Source: an uncultured bacterium
GTDB taxonomy: Bacteria; Gemmatimonadota; Gemmatimonadetes; Gemmatimonadales; Gemmatimonadaceae
Reading direction: 5' to 3'
Assembly (NCBI GenBank): GCA_963978095.1
Contig: CAXBQP010000001.1
Location: forward strand, 96,001 to 160,000
DNA: 64,000 nt
A program made the position numbers and the translations under genes. Below, in pieces: positions 9,644 through 19,144 of the stretch. The notes under the pieces are model-generated. The model made no database searches. It was not told the DNA's origin and was given only the letters and a program-made list of their open reading frames with translations. Positions within the stretch are counted from its first letter, which is position 1. Every line of letters begins with the position of its first letter.

Positions 9644-11050
9644 CTACGGCTTGGCGAGGCGCGTTTTGGTCCAGATCGCGATCGTCGGGCAGACGACCGC
9701 GTTCACCGTGAACTCGGTGGGGATCGAGTTCAACGCCGTGTACGTTTCGATGGCCGCGACGATCTTCACTGGCAAGGCGCGATCCAGATCCCCCGACTCC
9801 ATCTGCTCGAAGCGCGCGCGATCCACGAAAATGGTCACGCACCCCGCGGTCGTCCCCGCCGCCGAGCGCGTGGACTCGATCACGCGCCCGGACGCCGAGG
9901 ACGAGACCTTGAAGCCAGGAAGCTGACGCAGGAGATCGGTGACCAGGATCGGATGCAAATCCTCGATCTCCTTCGGTCCCATGAAGCGGCTCCCCTGCGT
10001 CAACCGCTTGCGATCATTGAAACCGACGCGCTCCAATCCCTCGTCGAACTCGCCGGCCACCTTGACGGTGGGCAGCGCCTGCGCAGCATCGGCCATCGCC
10101 ACCACGACCTCCGCCACGCGCTTGGGTGAGAGCTCCACCGGAATCGCATACACCGAATAGCCGACTTTGCGTACCTGCAACATCTGCGTGCCCGACGGTA
10201 ATCCATCGAGCGCAAAACGACCCTCGGCATCCGTGATTCCGCGCGCCGCCGTACCCGCCACCGTAACCTCGGCCCCGGCCACTGCCGCACCGGAGCGCGC
10301 CGCAACGCGCCCTCGCAGCGCGGAAACGGATGGCCCCGTCCCCACCACGAACCGCACCGCCGCGATGGGCGCACTCTCCGCCGCATGCTTCACCTGGATC
10401 TCGGCTTTGGCCGGCGAGCCGTTGCTCGAGAACGCGACCTCCAGCGAGCCCGCCAATGCATCCGGCAACCCGCAGATCGCGAACGCCCCTTTGGCATTCG
10501 TCCGCGCCTGCCGCACCCGCTCCGGCGCGGTCGCCCCGTTCGCGGCATCCCGGTACACGAACGACAGGGCCGCGCCTTCCACCGGCCGGTCGTCGTCCGC
10601 GTTGATGACCCGGCCGAACACGATCGTCGGACCAGCGTTCGCAGCGGCACTCCGACTGCAGTTCGTGGCGCGGAACTCAGCGAGCGTCGGCGTGGACGCC
10701 GATACATCCACGCGCTGCCCCGCGGGGAAATCGATCGGAGGACTGATCACGGCGATCCCCAGCGAGTCGAGGAAGGGATGCTCGATCGATACTTGAAACT
10801 GGCCGGCGGGGACGCTGTCGAGCACGTACTGCCCGCGCATGTTCGTGACCGTTTCGCGAGCGGTGCTCAACACGCGCACCCGCGCGCCTGCCAATGGGCC
10901 GCCTCGCAGGGAATCGCCGATGATTCCGAACATCGTTGCGACCCGACGTCCGGCCGACACGGACGACGGATCCTGCGCCCCCAGCGCAGCGGACGCGCCA
11001 GCAAGCCCCAGTGCGAGCACCACCCATGCCCGACAAATCCGGATGCGCAT
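9644..11050 (-). CDS. Secreted carboxypeptidase-regulatory-like domain protein with TonB plug-like C-terminal region
   Basis: Signal peptide, repeated beta-sandwich segments (GARVRV..T..RGQY; ITDAEGRFAL) and a DLLRQLPG plug-like segment. Confidence 0.6.
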   Translation of the reverse strand: MRIRICRAWVVLALGLAGASAALGAQDPSSVSAGRRVATMFGIIGDSLRGGPLAGARVRVLSTARETVTNMRGQYVLDSVPAGQFQVSIEHPFLDSLGIAVISPPIDFPAGQRVDVSASTPTLAEFRATNCSRSAAANAGPTIVFGRVINADDDRPVEGAALSFVYRDAANGATAPERVRQARTNAKGAFAICGLPDALAGSLEVAFSSNGSPAKAEIQVKHAAESAPIAAVRFVVGTGPSVSALRGRVAARSGAAVAGAEVTVAGTAARGITDAEGRFALDGLPSGTQMLQVRKVGYSVYAIPVELSPKRVAEVVVAMADAAQALPTVKVAGEFDEGLERVGFNDRKRLTQGSRFMGPKEIEDLHPILVTDLLRQLPGFKVSSSASGRVIESTRSAAGTTAGCVTIFVDRARFEQMESGDLDRALPVKIVAAIETYTALNSIPTEFTVNAVVCPTIAIWTKTRLAKP

Positions 11051-11841
11051 CAGAGCAGCGTGTTGGTCCACCCGCCATCGGCGGCGATGGCCTGCCCCGT
11101 CACGAAGCCCGCGCGATCGCTCGCCAGAAACGCGATGACGGCGGAGACTTCGTTGGGCTCCCCCAGGCGACGCGCCGGCGTTTGTGCCGACCAGTTCGCA
11201 TACACGTCCTCGCGCGTCCCGCCGGTCCGCGCCACGGTGTCGTCCGCGAGTTGCTTGAGGCGATCCGTCGCCGTGTAGCCTGGAAGTACGGTGTTCGCGG
11301 TCACGCCATCCGCCGCAATCTCGTCAGCCAAGGAACGGAAATACCCCGTGACCGCCGCCCGCAGCGTGTTGGAGAGCGCGAGATTCGTGATCGGCCGCTT
11401 CACTGCCATCGAGGTGATGCCGATCACGCGCCCCCACTTGCGAGCGCGCATCCCGGGCACGAAGGCACGACACAGCTCGACCGCGCTGCGCAACAGGAGC
11501 GCGGTCGCCTGGTCCCACTCCGCCCACGAGTGTTGCGTGGCCGGGCCGGGGGTCGGCCCTCCGGTATTCGTGATGAGAATATCGACGCGACCGTCGAACT
11601 GTTCCTGCATCGTCCTCACCACGACGTCGATGCCCGCGGCCGTCGACACATCCGCCGCGATCGTCGCCGCGACGCCGCCAACGGCGCGGAGCGCCTCCGC
11701 AGCGCGCGCGAGCGAGCCGGCATCCCTCGCGCAGATCACGACACGCGCGCCCTCCCGGACCAGATCTTCTGCGGCGGCAAAGCCGATCCCGCGGCTCCCG
11801 CCACACACCAAGGCGACTTTGTCGCGAAGGCCGAGCTCCAT
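11050..11841 (-). CDS. SDR family oxidoreductase
   Basis: ALVCGGSRGIG, NTGGP and VTGQAIAADGG motifs. Confidence 0.9.
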   Translation of the reverse strand: MELGLRDKVALVCGGSRGIGFAAAEDLVREGARVVICARDAGSLARAAEALRAVGGVAATIAADVSTAAGIDVVVRTMQEQFDGRVDILITNTGGPTPGPATQHSWAEWDQATALLLRSAVELCRAFVPGMRARKWGRVIGITSMAVKRPITNLALSNTLRAAVTGYFRSLADEIAADGVTANTVLPGYTATDRLKQLADDTVARTGGTREDVYANWSAQTPARRLGEPNEVSAVIAFLASDRAGFVTGQAIAADGGWTNTLL

Positions 11842-11842
11842 T

Positions 11843-12229
11843 CTACTTCTGCTCGCGGATGTAGGCGTCCGACCCGTCAAGCCAGTCGGCACGGGGCGGC
11901 GTGAAGAAATCGAGATCGAGCGTATCCTCGAGCGCGTGAGCCTCATGCCGCACGTTCCCCGGAATCAGCAACACTTCTCCCGCCCGCACGTCAACGTACG
12001 GCGCGTCGGGTGCCTTGTCCGCGTTCTCCCCCACCCAGAACCGTAGCGCCCCCTCGAGGATGTACGTCACCTGCTCATTGTGATGCTCATGCGCCTTCAC
12101 GATCGAGCCCTTCTTGAGGAAGACCTGCGCCACCATCGCGCGGTCGCCGGTCAGCACCTTGCGCGACAGCAACGGCGTGAGTTGCTCCAGACGAACATCG
12201 CTCCACGCGTGATGAGTGGCCTCGGCCAT
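11843..12229 (-). CDS. Cupin domain protein
   Basis: HEHHNEQ...YILEG and IPGNVRHEA cupin motifs. Confidence 0.88.
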   Translation of the reverse strand: MAEATHHAWSDVRLEQLTPLLSRKVLTGDRAMVAQVFLKKGSIVKAHEHHNEQVTYILEGALRFWVGENADKAPDAPYVDVRAGEVLLIPGNVRHEAHALEDTLDLDFFTPPRADWLDGSDAYIREQK

Positions 12230-12271
12230 ACGGTCCTCGAAATCGATGAAGGGTTGTGTTGCGAAAAATAC

Positions 12272-13681
12272 TCAACGGCTACCACTGCGCGGCCCCGTGG
12301 GACCGCCGCTCGGCCCACCAGGCCGGCGCCCACCACCTCGCCTGCCAGACCCGCCACTGCCGCCGGAACCACCGCCACTGCGTCCACCACCGGCGCCTGC
12401 CCCGGAGCGACCAGATGGGAGACGCCCGCCACCACCGCTCTGTTCACGGCGCTTCGCCTTCTCCGCCGCCCGCGCCCGCTCCTGCGCCTTCCGGGCACGA
12501 ATCTCCGCGATACGCTCGGCGAGCGGCACCTCCAGCTTCGCCGCAGGTTTTGCCGTGTAGTCGAAATCCGGTACGGTCACGCGCGGCAGGCGCTTGCCGA
12601 TGGCTTTCTCGATGCTCCGCAGATCGTTCTCTTCGTCCGGCGCCACGAACGTGAACGCCTCGCCCGTGAGTTCCGCACGGGCGGTACGTCCGACGCGATG
12701 GATGTAGTCTTCCGGCGCCGCCGGAACGTCGAGATTCACCACATGGCCGAGCGCTTCCACATCGATGCCGCGCGCGGCGATGTCGGTCGCCACCAGCACC
12801 CGATACGTGCCGTCCTTGAACCCGGCGAGCGCTGCGGTGCGAGCACTCTGCGAGCGGTTGCCATGGATGCGCTCGGCCTTGATGCCGTGCGTGACCAGAT
12901 ACGAGGCGAGCCGATTCGCGCGATGCTTGGTCCGCGTGAAGACCAACGCCTCTTTCATGTCGCCGCGCTTGAGCAGCTCGAGCAACAGGGCCGACTTCAG
13001 CTCGGCCGCCACCGGATAGACCGCCTGCGTGATGCCGACCGCCGGCGCTGACTGGCGTTCCACGTTGATCGTGGCCGGATTCAGCAACATCTCGCGCGAG
13101 AGTTGCGCGATGGCCGGCGGCATGGTGGCACTGAAGAACATCGTCTGCCGCTTGGCGGGAATGTGCCGGAGCACGCGGCGGATGTCGGGAAGGAAACCCA
13201 TGTCGAGCATGCGGTCGGCTTCGTCGAGCACCAGGTACTCGAGCTTGTCGAGCTTGGCGTACGGCATTCGGAAATGGTCGAGCAGACGCCCCGGCGTCGC
13301 GACGAGAATGTCCACGCCACTCCGGAACGCATGCTCCTGCGGCCCCATCCCGACTCCGCCATAGACCGCGGCCGCCGTGAGCGGAGTGTGCAGCGAAACG
13401 TCCTGGATGTTCGCGAGCACCTGCGCCGCGAGTTCTCGCGTCGGGACCAGTACGAGCGCGCGCGTCGCGCCTCGGGGTCCCGTCATGAGGCGATGGAGGA
13501 TCGGAAGGGTGAACGCGGCCGTCTTGCCGCTGCCCGTCATGGCGCAGGCGAGCACGTCGCGGCCACCGATCGCCGGCGGGATGGCATCCTGCTGGATCTG
13601 CGTCGGCTTCACATAACCGACTTCCTTGATTCCACGAAGCAAATCGGGGTGCAACGACCACTGGGAGAACGACAACGGCAA
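12272..13681 (-). CDS. rhlE: DEAD-box RNA helicase (RhlE-like)
   Basis: PTQIQ, AMTGSGKT, PTRELA, DEAD, SAT and HRVGRTAR motifs; Gly/Arg-rich tail. Start approximate (TTG). Confidence 0.88.
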   Translation of the reverse strand: MPLSFSQWSLHPDLLRGIKEVGYVKPTQIQQDAIPPAIGGRDVLACAMTGSGKTAAFTLPILHRLMTGPRGATRALVLVPTRELAAQVLANIQDVSLHTPLTAAAVYGGVGMGPQEHAFRSGVDILVATPGRLLDHFRMPYAKLDKLEYLVLDEADRMLDMGFLPDIRRVLRHIPAKRQTMFFSATMPPAIAQLSREMLLNPATINVERQSAPAVGITQAVYPVAAELKSALLLELLKRGDMKEALVFTRTKHRANRLASYLVTHGIKAERIHGNRSQSARTAALAGFKDGTYRVLVATDIAARGIDVEALGHVVNLDVPAAPEDYIHRVGRTARAELTGEAFTFVAPDEENDLRSIEKAIGKRLPRVTVPDFDYTAKPAAKLEVPLAERIAEIRARKAQERARAAEKAKRREQSGGGGRLPSGRSGAGAGGGRSGGGSGGSGGSGRRGGGRRPGGPSGGPTGPRSGSR

Positions 13682-13923
13682 CTCCGGTCCTGGGCGCTGG
13701 CTTTCACCGGGAGGGGACCGCGGCGCCGCGCGGAATCCTCCTCCGTGAAGTATAGCCCCGTGCAGTCCTACGGTCGCGGTGCGCCGCGCGACGGTGGTCC
13801 TCCGCGTGGAGCCCCCCCTCCCCGCGTGCGAGACGGCAGAACCTGCTGCATCAGTCCCTCGGATCGTTCGGGAGGAAACCCTGCCCATCGGATTCCCGCA
13901 GGGGAGGGGGCCCATCAGTCGCG

Positions 13924-13941
13924 CCCAACGTCGACGTTGGG
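13924..13941. promoter_or_regulatory. Perfect 18-bp palindrome upstream of the histidine kinase (candidate operator)
   Basis: CCCAACGTCGACGTTGGG is its own reverse complement and abuts a TAGTAT -10-like hexamer. Confidence 0.4.
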
Positions 13942-13958
13942 TAGTATTTCGAACGACC

Positions 13959-14672
13959 GTGTCCCATTCGCCTCTGCCACCCTCCGTCTCCCCCGATCCG
14001 GAAATCTCCGGACGACGCCTCCTCGCCGTGACCGAGGAGGAACTGCAACGGCTCGTGCTCGACGTGCACGACGGTCCGGTGCAGCACATCTTCGCGTCCC
14101 TGAGCCAACTCTCGCTCGTCCGCGCGCGGATCGCCGCCGTGCCCGAAGCGCTCGCGGCGGCCGAGCCGGGACTCGGGCATGCCGTGCACATGCTGGAACT
14201 CGCGCTGCTGGACCTGCGCGCCATGCTCACGGCGTTCCACGCCCCGGAGTTCGCCGACAAAGCTGTCGCGGAGATCGCCGAGGACATCGTGGTGCATCAC
14301 GAGACACTGACGGGCGGCACCATCGAACTCCACATCAGTGACGAGGTGTCGGATCGCCCGATTCCCGTCATCGTCAAGATCGCCCTGTATCGGATCCTGC
14401 AAGAAGCGCTCTCCAACATCCGCCGGCATGCCGGCGTGAACGATGGCGTCGTGCGCCTCACGCAGCAGAACGACCGGTTGCAGGTGCAGATCACCGATGC
14501 CGGACGTGGCTTCGACCCGCCACCGCTCGCCGGACCGGACGCCACCGAACGGCAGACCCACATCGGACTCCGCGGCATGCGCGAACGTGCCGCCATGGTC
14601 AACGGCAGCATCGCCGTGCGCTCACGCCGCGGCGAGGGCACGCAGGTCACCGTCACCCTTCCCCTCGCATGA
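13959..14672 (+). CDS. HisKA_3-type histidine kinase with no evident sensor domain
   Basis: DVHDGPVQ H-box, RILQEALSNIRRHA N-box, DAGRGF and GLRGMRERA motifs. Start approximate. Confidence 0.82.
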   Translation: MSHSPLPPSVSPDPEISGRRLLAVTEEELQRLVLDVHDGPVQHIFASLSQLSLVRARIAAVPEALAAAEPGLGHAVHMLELALLDLRAMLTAFHAPEFADKAVAEIAEDIVVHHETLTGGTIELHISDEVSDRPIPVIVKIALYRILQEALSNIRRHAGVNDGVVRLTQQNDRLQVQITDAGRGFDPPPLAGPDATERQTHIGLRGMRERAAMVNGSIAVRSRRGEGTQVTVTLPLA

Positions 14673-15292
14673 CTGCCCCCGCACCCATTCGCGTCGTCCT
14701 GGCGGACGACCATGCGCTCGTTCTCGAGGGACTCCGCAACCTTCTGGCTGCCGAACCGGGCGTCGAGATCCTCGCCACCGCCACCGACGGCGCCGAAGCG
14801 CTGGACGCCGTGCGCCGCTATGCACCGGACGTCCTGATCCTGGATTACCAGATGACGGTCATGGGGGGCATCGCCTGCCTGCACCGCATCCGCGAAGAAC
14901 AACTCCCGGTCCGCGTCCTGATGCTCTCCGCCTTCGGTGACGCCCACGCCATGCGCACGGCGGTCGAGGGAGGTGCCGACGGCTTCGCCCTCAAGACCGA
15001 TTCACCGATCGCGACCATCGCCGCCATACGGCAGGTCGCCGCGGGACAGCTGGTCTTCCCGCAAGCGGCCCGTCGGTGGCTCTCCCCTTCAGCGCCGCCG
15101 GAAAACGACGCGCTCACCGAACGCGAGGAGAAAGTGCTCGCGCTGGTCGCCGAGGGCGCCGGCAATGCGCATATCGCCAAGACGCTCCACCTCAGCGAGA
15201 GCACGGTAAAGTTCCACCTCCGCAATCTGTTCGCGAAACTCGGCGTGTCCAACCGCACCGAGGCCGCTGCCCGATACCATCGTCGCGGCTGA
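14669..15292 (+). CDS. NarL/FixJ (LuxR-type HTH) response regulator
   Basis: LADDH and LILD receiver motifs; LTEREEKVL...TVKFHLRNLFAKLGVSNRT HTH. Confidence 0.92.
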   Translation: MTAPAPIRVVLADDHALVLEGLRNLLAAEPGVEILATATDGAEALDAVRRYAPDVLILDYQMTVMGGIACLHRIREEQLPVRVLMLSAFGDAHAMRTAVEGGADGFALKTDSPIATIAAIRQVAAGQLVFPQAARRWLSPSAPPENDALTEREEKVLALVAEGAGNAHIAKTLHLSESTVKFHLRNLFAKLGVSNRTEAAARYHRRG

Positions 15293-15311
15293 CGGACCGC
15301 GTCCCGTCAGC
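15288..15311. terminator. Hairpin between convergent response regulator and puhE
   Basis: GCTGACGG-N8-CCGTCAGC inverted repeat; no U-tract. Confidence 0.35.
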
Positions 15312-15317
15312 GCCCCG

Positions 15318-16145
15318 TCAGCGCCCCGCCCGCGCGGCCAGGAACGGATCCCAGAACCCGGGATCGATGCGCACCGACAGGATCGCCAGCTCCAACACCG
15401 CGAGTGCACAGAGCACCGCGAGCATCGCCGCCTCCTGCCGCGCCGCCTCGGTCGCCGCGATGCGCGAGCGCCGCACCAGCATCGCGCTGCCGACCGCGCA
15501 ACCGGCCATGCCCACGAACACGAACGGCGCGTTGTGAGGCGGACCGAAGAACTGACGCAAATGCGCGAGATGCGGTGGCAGGAAGTTCCCCGCCGGATTC
15601 TCCACACCGAAGAAGACCGCCAACTTCGCGATTTGCTGCATTCCCCAGAACGTGAGCACGCCGTTCGCCCCGGCCTTGTTCGGGGCCCGAACCACCACGA
15701 GGTAGGCCAGCGCGATGCACGCCAGCGCCGTCAGGTCGCTGAAGATCGTCGCGCGGACGGCGAGCAGGGCTGATGCCCACGAGGGGACGAGGAACGGGGA
15801 CACCGCATCCGCCGTCGGCGCGATGCCGATGATCCACCCGCCATAGAACGTCACCGACACCCACCCCCAGATGACCGCCCCGCCAAGAAAGCTGCGCCGC
15901 GCCGACAGCGCACGGGTGTCGTGCCGGCCGCTCCAGATTTCCCAATAGCCGGCACACATGAGCCACGTCGCGGTCATCAGCGCGAGAAACCGCGTCGGTG
16001 CGCTGCGCTGCATGGCGATGATCAGACCCGTCGCCAACCACCAGAACCCGACGACCGTCCCGATCGCCCGCACGAAGAGGCTGCGCCCACCGGCCGGTAC
16101 GACGCCCGAAACCTCATGCGCCGCCCCACGCGCCTCCGTCGTCAC
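15318..16145 (-). CDS. puhE: Photosynthetic complex assembly protein PuhE (DUF3623-like)
   Basis: Multi-TM; FWWLATGLI and WGMQQIAKLAVFFGVENPAGNFLPPHLAHL motifs. Confidence 0.8.
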   Translation of the reverse strand: MTTEARGAAHEVSGVVPAGGRSLFVRAIGTVVGFWWLATGLIIAMQRSAPTRFLALMTATWLMCAGYWEIWSGRHDTRALSARRSFLGGAVIWGWVSVTFYGGWIIGIAPTADAVSPFLVPSWASALLAVRATIFSDLTALACIALAYLVVVRAPNKAGANGVLTFWGMQQIAKLAVFFGVENPAGNFLPPHLAHLRQFFGPPHNAPFVFVGMAGCAVGSAMLVRRSRIAATEAARQEAAMLAVLCALAVLELAILSVRIDPGFWDPFLAARAGR

Positions 16146-17893
16146 GCCCCCGCCCCCCCGGGCAACACGCCGGACCCGCGCACCGCATGGCTGATGGCCC
16201 GCGCGTCGCTATTCGGCAACGGCACATACCGCGCGCGCATCGCCTCAGCCAAGGTGGCCGCAAACGCCGAGGGACGGGGCGAGGTGTCCAGCAGGATCGC
16301 CGGTACGCTCATCGTCGTGAACGCGCGCGCCGACGCCAGCGCATCCTGCTCCGCCAACGGCCGCCCACCACTGCCATCGCGCGCGACATTGGCACGCGCA
16401 TCGGTCAGGAAGACGACCGCCGCCTCCTGACCCGAGCGCCGCGCGAGCAACGCCTGCTCCCGCGCGACATCGATCGCCGTCGCCAGCGGCGTACCACCGC
16501 CACCCGGCAACGCGGCCAAGGCCCGCTTGGCCGCGGCGATCGCACGCGTCGGGGCGAGCAACACGTCTGCCGTCTTGCCGCGAAACGCGATCAAACTCAC
16601 CAAATCCCGGCGCGCATACGACTCGCCCAAGAGCAGTTCCACCGCCCCTTTCGCCTCGGCCAACCGGTTCAGCGCCGACGAACCCGACGCATCGACGACG
16701 AATATCACCGTCGTGCCGTTGCGTTCGACATAGCGTCGCAGCCGAAAATCGTCGGGACGTATCTGCAAGCTCGTTCGTGACGCCGACGGCACCAACCGCC
16801 GCCGGACCTCTTGCCAAGGCGCGGCAGCACGGACCGTCTCCAGTACGTCCAGACGTCCCCCGCTCCGCGGATCGCCGCGTCGGGTCCCCACGCGTCGGCC
16901 ACGCTGCTGCGTCGCCCGCTCGGCGCCCGCCTTCCCCGAACTCGCCGCGGCCTGGCGATCCCGGCGGTCCTGCATCGCGAGCAAGGCCGCGGGCAGCACC
17001 GCTGCCATGACCTCCACGGTCAGGTCATCGAGCTCCCGGACGTCGTGGTCCCCCTCCGCCGGCTCCTCCGGTGGCGTGTCCGCATCGGGCGGCGGCGGGG
17101 GCTCTGAAGGAGGGGGCGGGGGCAACGGATCGTCCGCCGGGATCCGTGTCGCGCGTGGCCCGATCACCAGCGCGCAGGCGAGTTCGAGATCCTCCGGCGA
17201 CACTCGCGTCCGACCGTCCAGGGCGGCCGCTGCGCGCGCGGCGCGCACGGCGAACACCATCGCCCGCATCGAATCCACCCCGTGCGCGAGTGCCACCTGT
17301 ACCACCGCCCCCGGCATCGCGGGGTCCATCGTGACCTGCTTCAGCGCCGCGCGTGCCGTCAGGACCTCGGCGCGCGTGAGCAGCGCGTCCGACGGTGTGT
17401 CGCCGACTATGTGATGAAACGCGAGACGGTCGGCCAGCGCTGCCAGCACGGGCTCGTCGGGCTCCCCTTCGTCGATCGCGATCAGGAGCAACTCCGCGGG
17501 CGCCCCGGTGCCGAACGATCGCGGCGTCATCACGCGTCCCGAGTCGAGCACCGCCGACAGCCGCGACACGAGCCCTGACGATGCCCGCTCCGCCATCGGC
17601 AGCACCACCACGCCCCCATGCGCCGATGCGAGCACCCCCCGCTCCTCGACCGGCCGCGATGCCGCAAGCGTTGCCGCCAGATCGAGACCGCCGAGCAAGC
17701 GATCATCGCCGATGGTCACGGGCAGCCGTCGCACGGGGGCGCCCTCCGGCAACAACGCGGCCAACAGCGACACCCACCGACGCGCATGGTCCGGGGACGG
17801 CGCCCGCACCAGGGCACCGCCCAGCCCGACGGGGTCCACCGCCAACAGCGCCGCGACCGTCACGCCGCGCGTGTCCACATCGTCGCCGCGCAC
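16142..17893 (-). CDS. bchD: Magnesium chelatase subunit D
   Basis: DDRLLGGLDL, polyproline linker and vWA domain FVVDASGS...GGGTPLA. Confidence 0.95.
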   Translation of the reverse strand: MRGDDVDTRGVTVAALLAVDPVGLGGALVRAPSPDHARRWVSLLAALLPEGAPVRRLPVTIGDDRLLGGLDLAATLAASRPVEERGVLASAHGGVVVLPMAERASSGLVSRLSAVLDSGRVMTPRSFGTGAPAELLLIAIDEGEPDEPVLAALADRLAFHHIVGDTPSDALLTRAEVLTARAALKQVTMDPAMPGAVVQVALAHGVDSMRAMVFAVRAARAAAALDGRTRVSPEDLELACALVIGPRATRIPADDPLPPPPPSEPPPPPDADTPPEEPAEGDHDVRELDDLTVEVMAAVLPAALLAMQDRRDRQAAASSGKAGAERATQQRGRRVGTRRGDPRSGGRLDVLETVRAAAPWQEVRRRLVPSASRTSLQIRPDDFRLRRYVERNGTTVIFVVDASGSSALNRLAEAKGAVELLLGESYARRDLVSLIAFRGKTADVLLAPTRAIAAAKRALAALPGGGGTPLATAIDVAREQALLARRSGQEAAVVFLTDARANVARDGSGGRPLAEQDALASARAFTTMSVPAILLDTSPRPSAFAATLAEAMRARYVPLPNSDARAISHAVRGSGVLPGGAGA

Positions 17894-17896
17894 GCG

Positions 17897-18925
17897 CTAG
17901 GCGCCGTAGCAGTCCGCGATCGCCCGCAGCACGCGAGCCGTCGAGCCGACATCGTCCAAAGGGTTCCGCCGCAACCGATGCCGCAGCGCTTCCGGCGCGA
18001 TCGCGCGCAGATGCTCCAAGGTCACCTCTTTCTTTCCCTCCAGCGCGGCCCATGCCCGCGACGCCCGGAGCAGGGAGAGCTCGCCTCGCAGCCCGTCGGT
18101 GCCCAGTCGCGTGCACAACTCCGCCGCCCGCGCGAGCACCGCATCGGGCACCGCGACGTCGTGCACGCGCTTCCGCGCCCGCTCGAGGTGACGGCGGACC
18201 TTGCCATCCTCCTCCGCCCACTGCGCCACGAACCCCTCCGGGTCCCGGTCGAAGGCATCGCGACGACGCACCACCTCGATGCGCTGCGCGACCTCGTTGA
18301 CCGTGCTCACCTCGCACGACAAGCCGAAGCGATCGAGCAACTGTGGACGCAGATCCCCCTCCTCGGGATTTCCGCTGCCCACGAGCACGAACCGCGCCGG
18401 ATGCCGGATCGAGATCCCTTCCCGCTCCACGACGTTCTCCCCGGTCGCGGCCACGTCGAGCAGGAGGTCCACCAGGTGGTCCTCCAGCAGGTTGATCTCA
18501 TCCACGTACAGAAACCCGCGATGGGCGCGCGCCAGGAGGCCCGGCTCGAAGGCTTTTTCGCCCCGCGTCAGCGCGCGCTCCAAATCCAGTGCGCCCACCA
18601 CCCGATCCTCCGTGGCTCCGAGGGGCAAGTCCACGACCGGCACCGGCACCTTCGACGCCCGGAGGCGCTCGCCGGCGGCGAGCTGGGCGCGGCAGTCGAC
18701 GCACGCCGATCCTCCGGCATCCGGCGCACAGCCGTAGCGACACCCCTCGACCACCGCCATCGATGGGAGCAAGGCCGGCAGCGCGCGCACCACCGTCGAC
18801 TTCGCCGTGCCACGGTGGCCGAGGATCAGGACGCCACCGATCGCGGGATCCACGGTCGCGAGCAGGATCGCCCGCTTCATCGCTTCCTGCCCTACGATCG
18901 CCGAAAACGGAAAAACCGGTCGCAC
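17897..18925 (-). CDS. bchI: Magnesium chelatase subunit I
   Basis: [28 protein letters not shown] and [22 protein letters not shown] start. Confidence 0.96.
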   Translation of the reverse strand: MRPVFPFSAIVGQEAMKRAILLATVDPAIGGVLILGHRGTAKSTVVRALPALLPSMAVVEGCRYGCAPDAGGSACVDCRAQLAAGERLRASKVPVPVVDLPLGATEDRVVGALDLERALTRGEKAFEPGLLARAHRGFLYVDEINLLEDHLVDLLLDVAATGENVVEREGISIRHPARFVLVGSGNPEEGDLRPQLLDRFGLSCEVSTVNEVAQRIEVVRRRDAFDRDPEGFVAQWAEEDGKVRRHLERARKRVHDVAVPDAVLARAAELCTRLGTDGLRGELSLLRASRAWAALEGKKEVTLEHLRAIAPEALRHRLRRNPLDDVGSTARVLRAIADCYGA

Positions 18926-18974
18926 TGGCCCCTTCCGGTTGAAGTCGAAGTCACAGTCCGTGAGTTGGTGGGTT

Positions 18975-19061
18975 AGTCTATAGTTGAGGCGGCGGTGTCG
19001 CAACATCCTGACACTTTCTTTGTCCCTCTCTCTTGACACAACGCGCGCCATGCCCTAATCT
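18975..19061. promoter_or_regulatory. Divergent bchI/crtF promoters with two PpsR boxes
   Basis: TGTCGCAACATCCTGACA (18996-19013) and TGTCCCTCTCTCTTGACA (19021-19038). Plus strand TTGACA-N17-TAATCT; minus strand TTGCGA-N17-TAGACT. Confidence 0.85.
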
Positions 19062-19144
19062 CGGTCGAGACTACGCGGGCCCACGTTCCACGCCCTCCAC
19101 TCTGCACCTGAGAGTTCTTGACCGCGATGGGCGTCCGGGAGTCG

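Noticed and set aside
13840..13880. Possible hammerhead ribozyme or SRP RNA
   Set aside because: The minus strand has CTGATGC rather than CTGATGA, with no properly placed GAAA, and the SRP domain IV motif is absent.
13682..14287. Long N-terminal extension of the helicase in the ORF track (similarly for bchI, bchH, bchN, bchM, puhB, puhC, hemF and hemL)
   Set aside because: The extensions overlap neighbouring genes or promoters; starts were moved to where homology begins.
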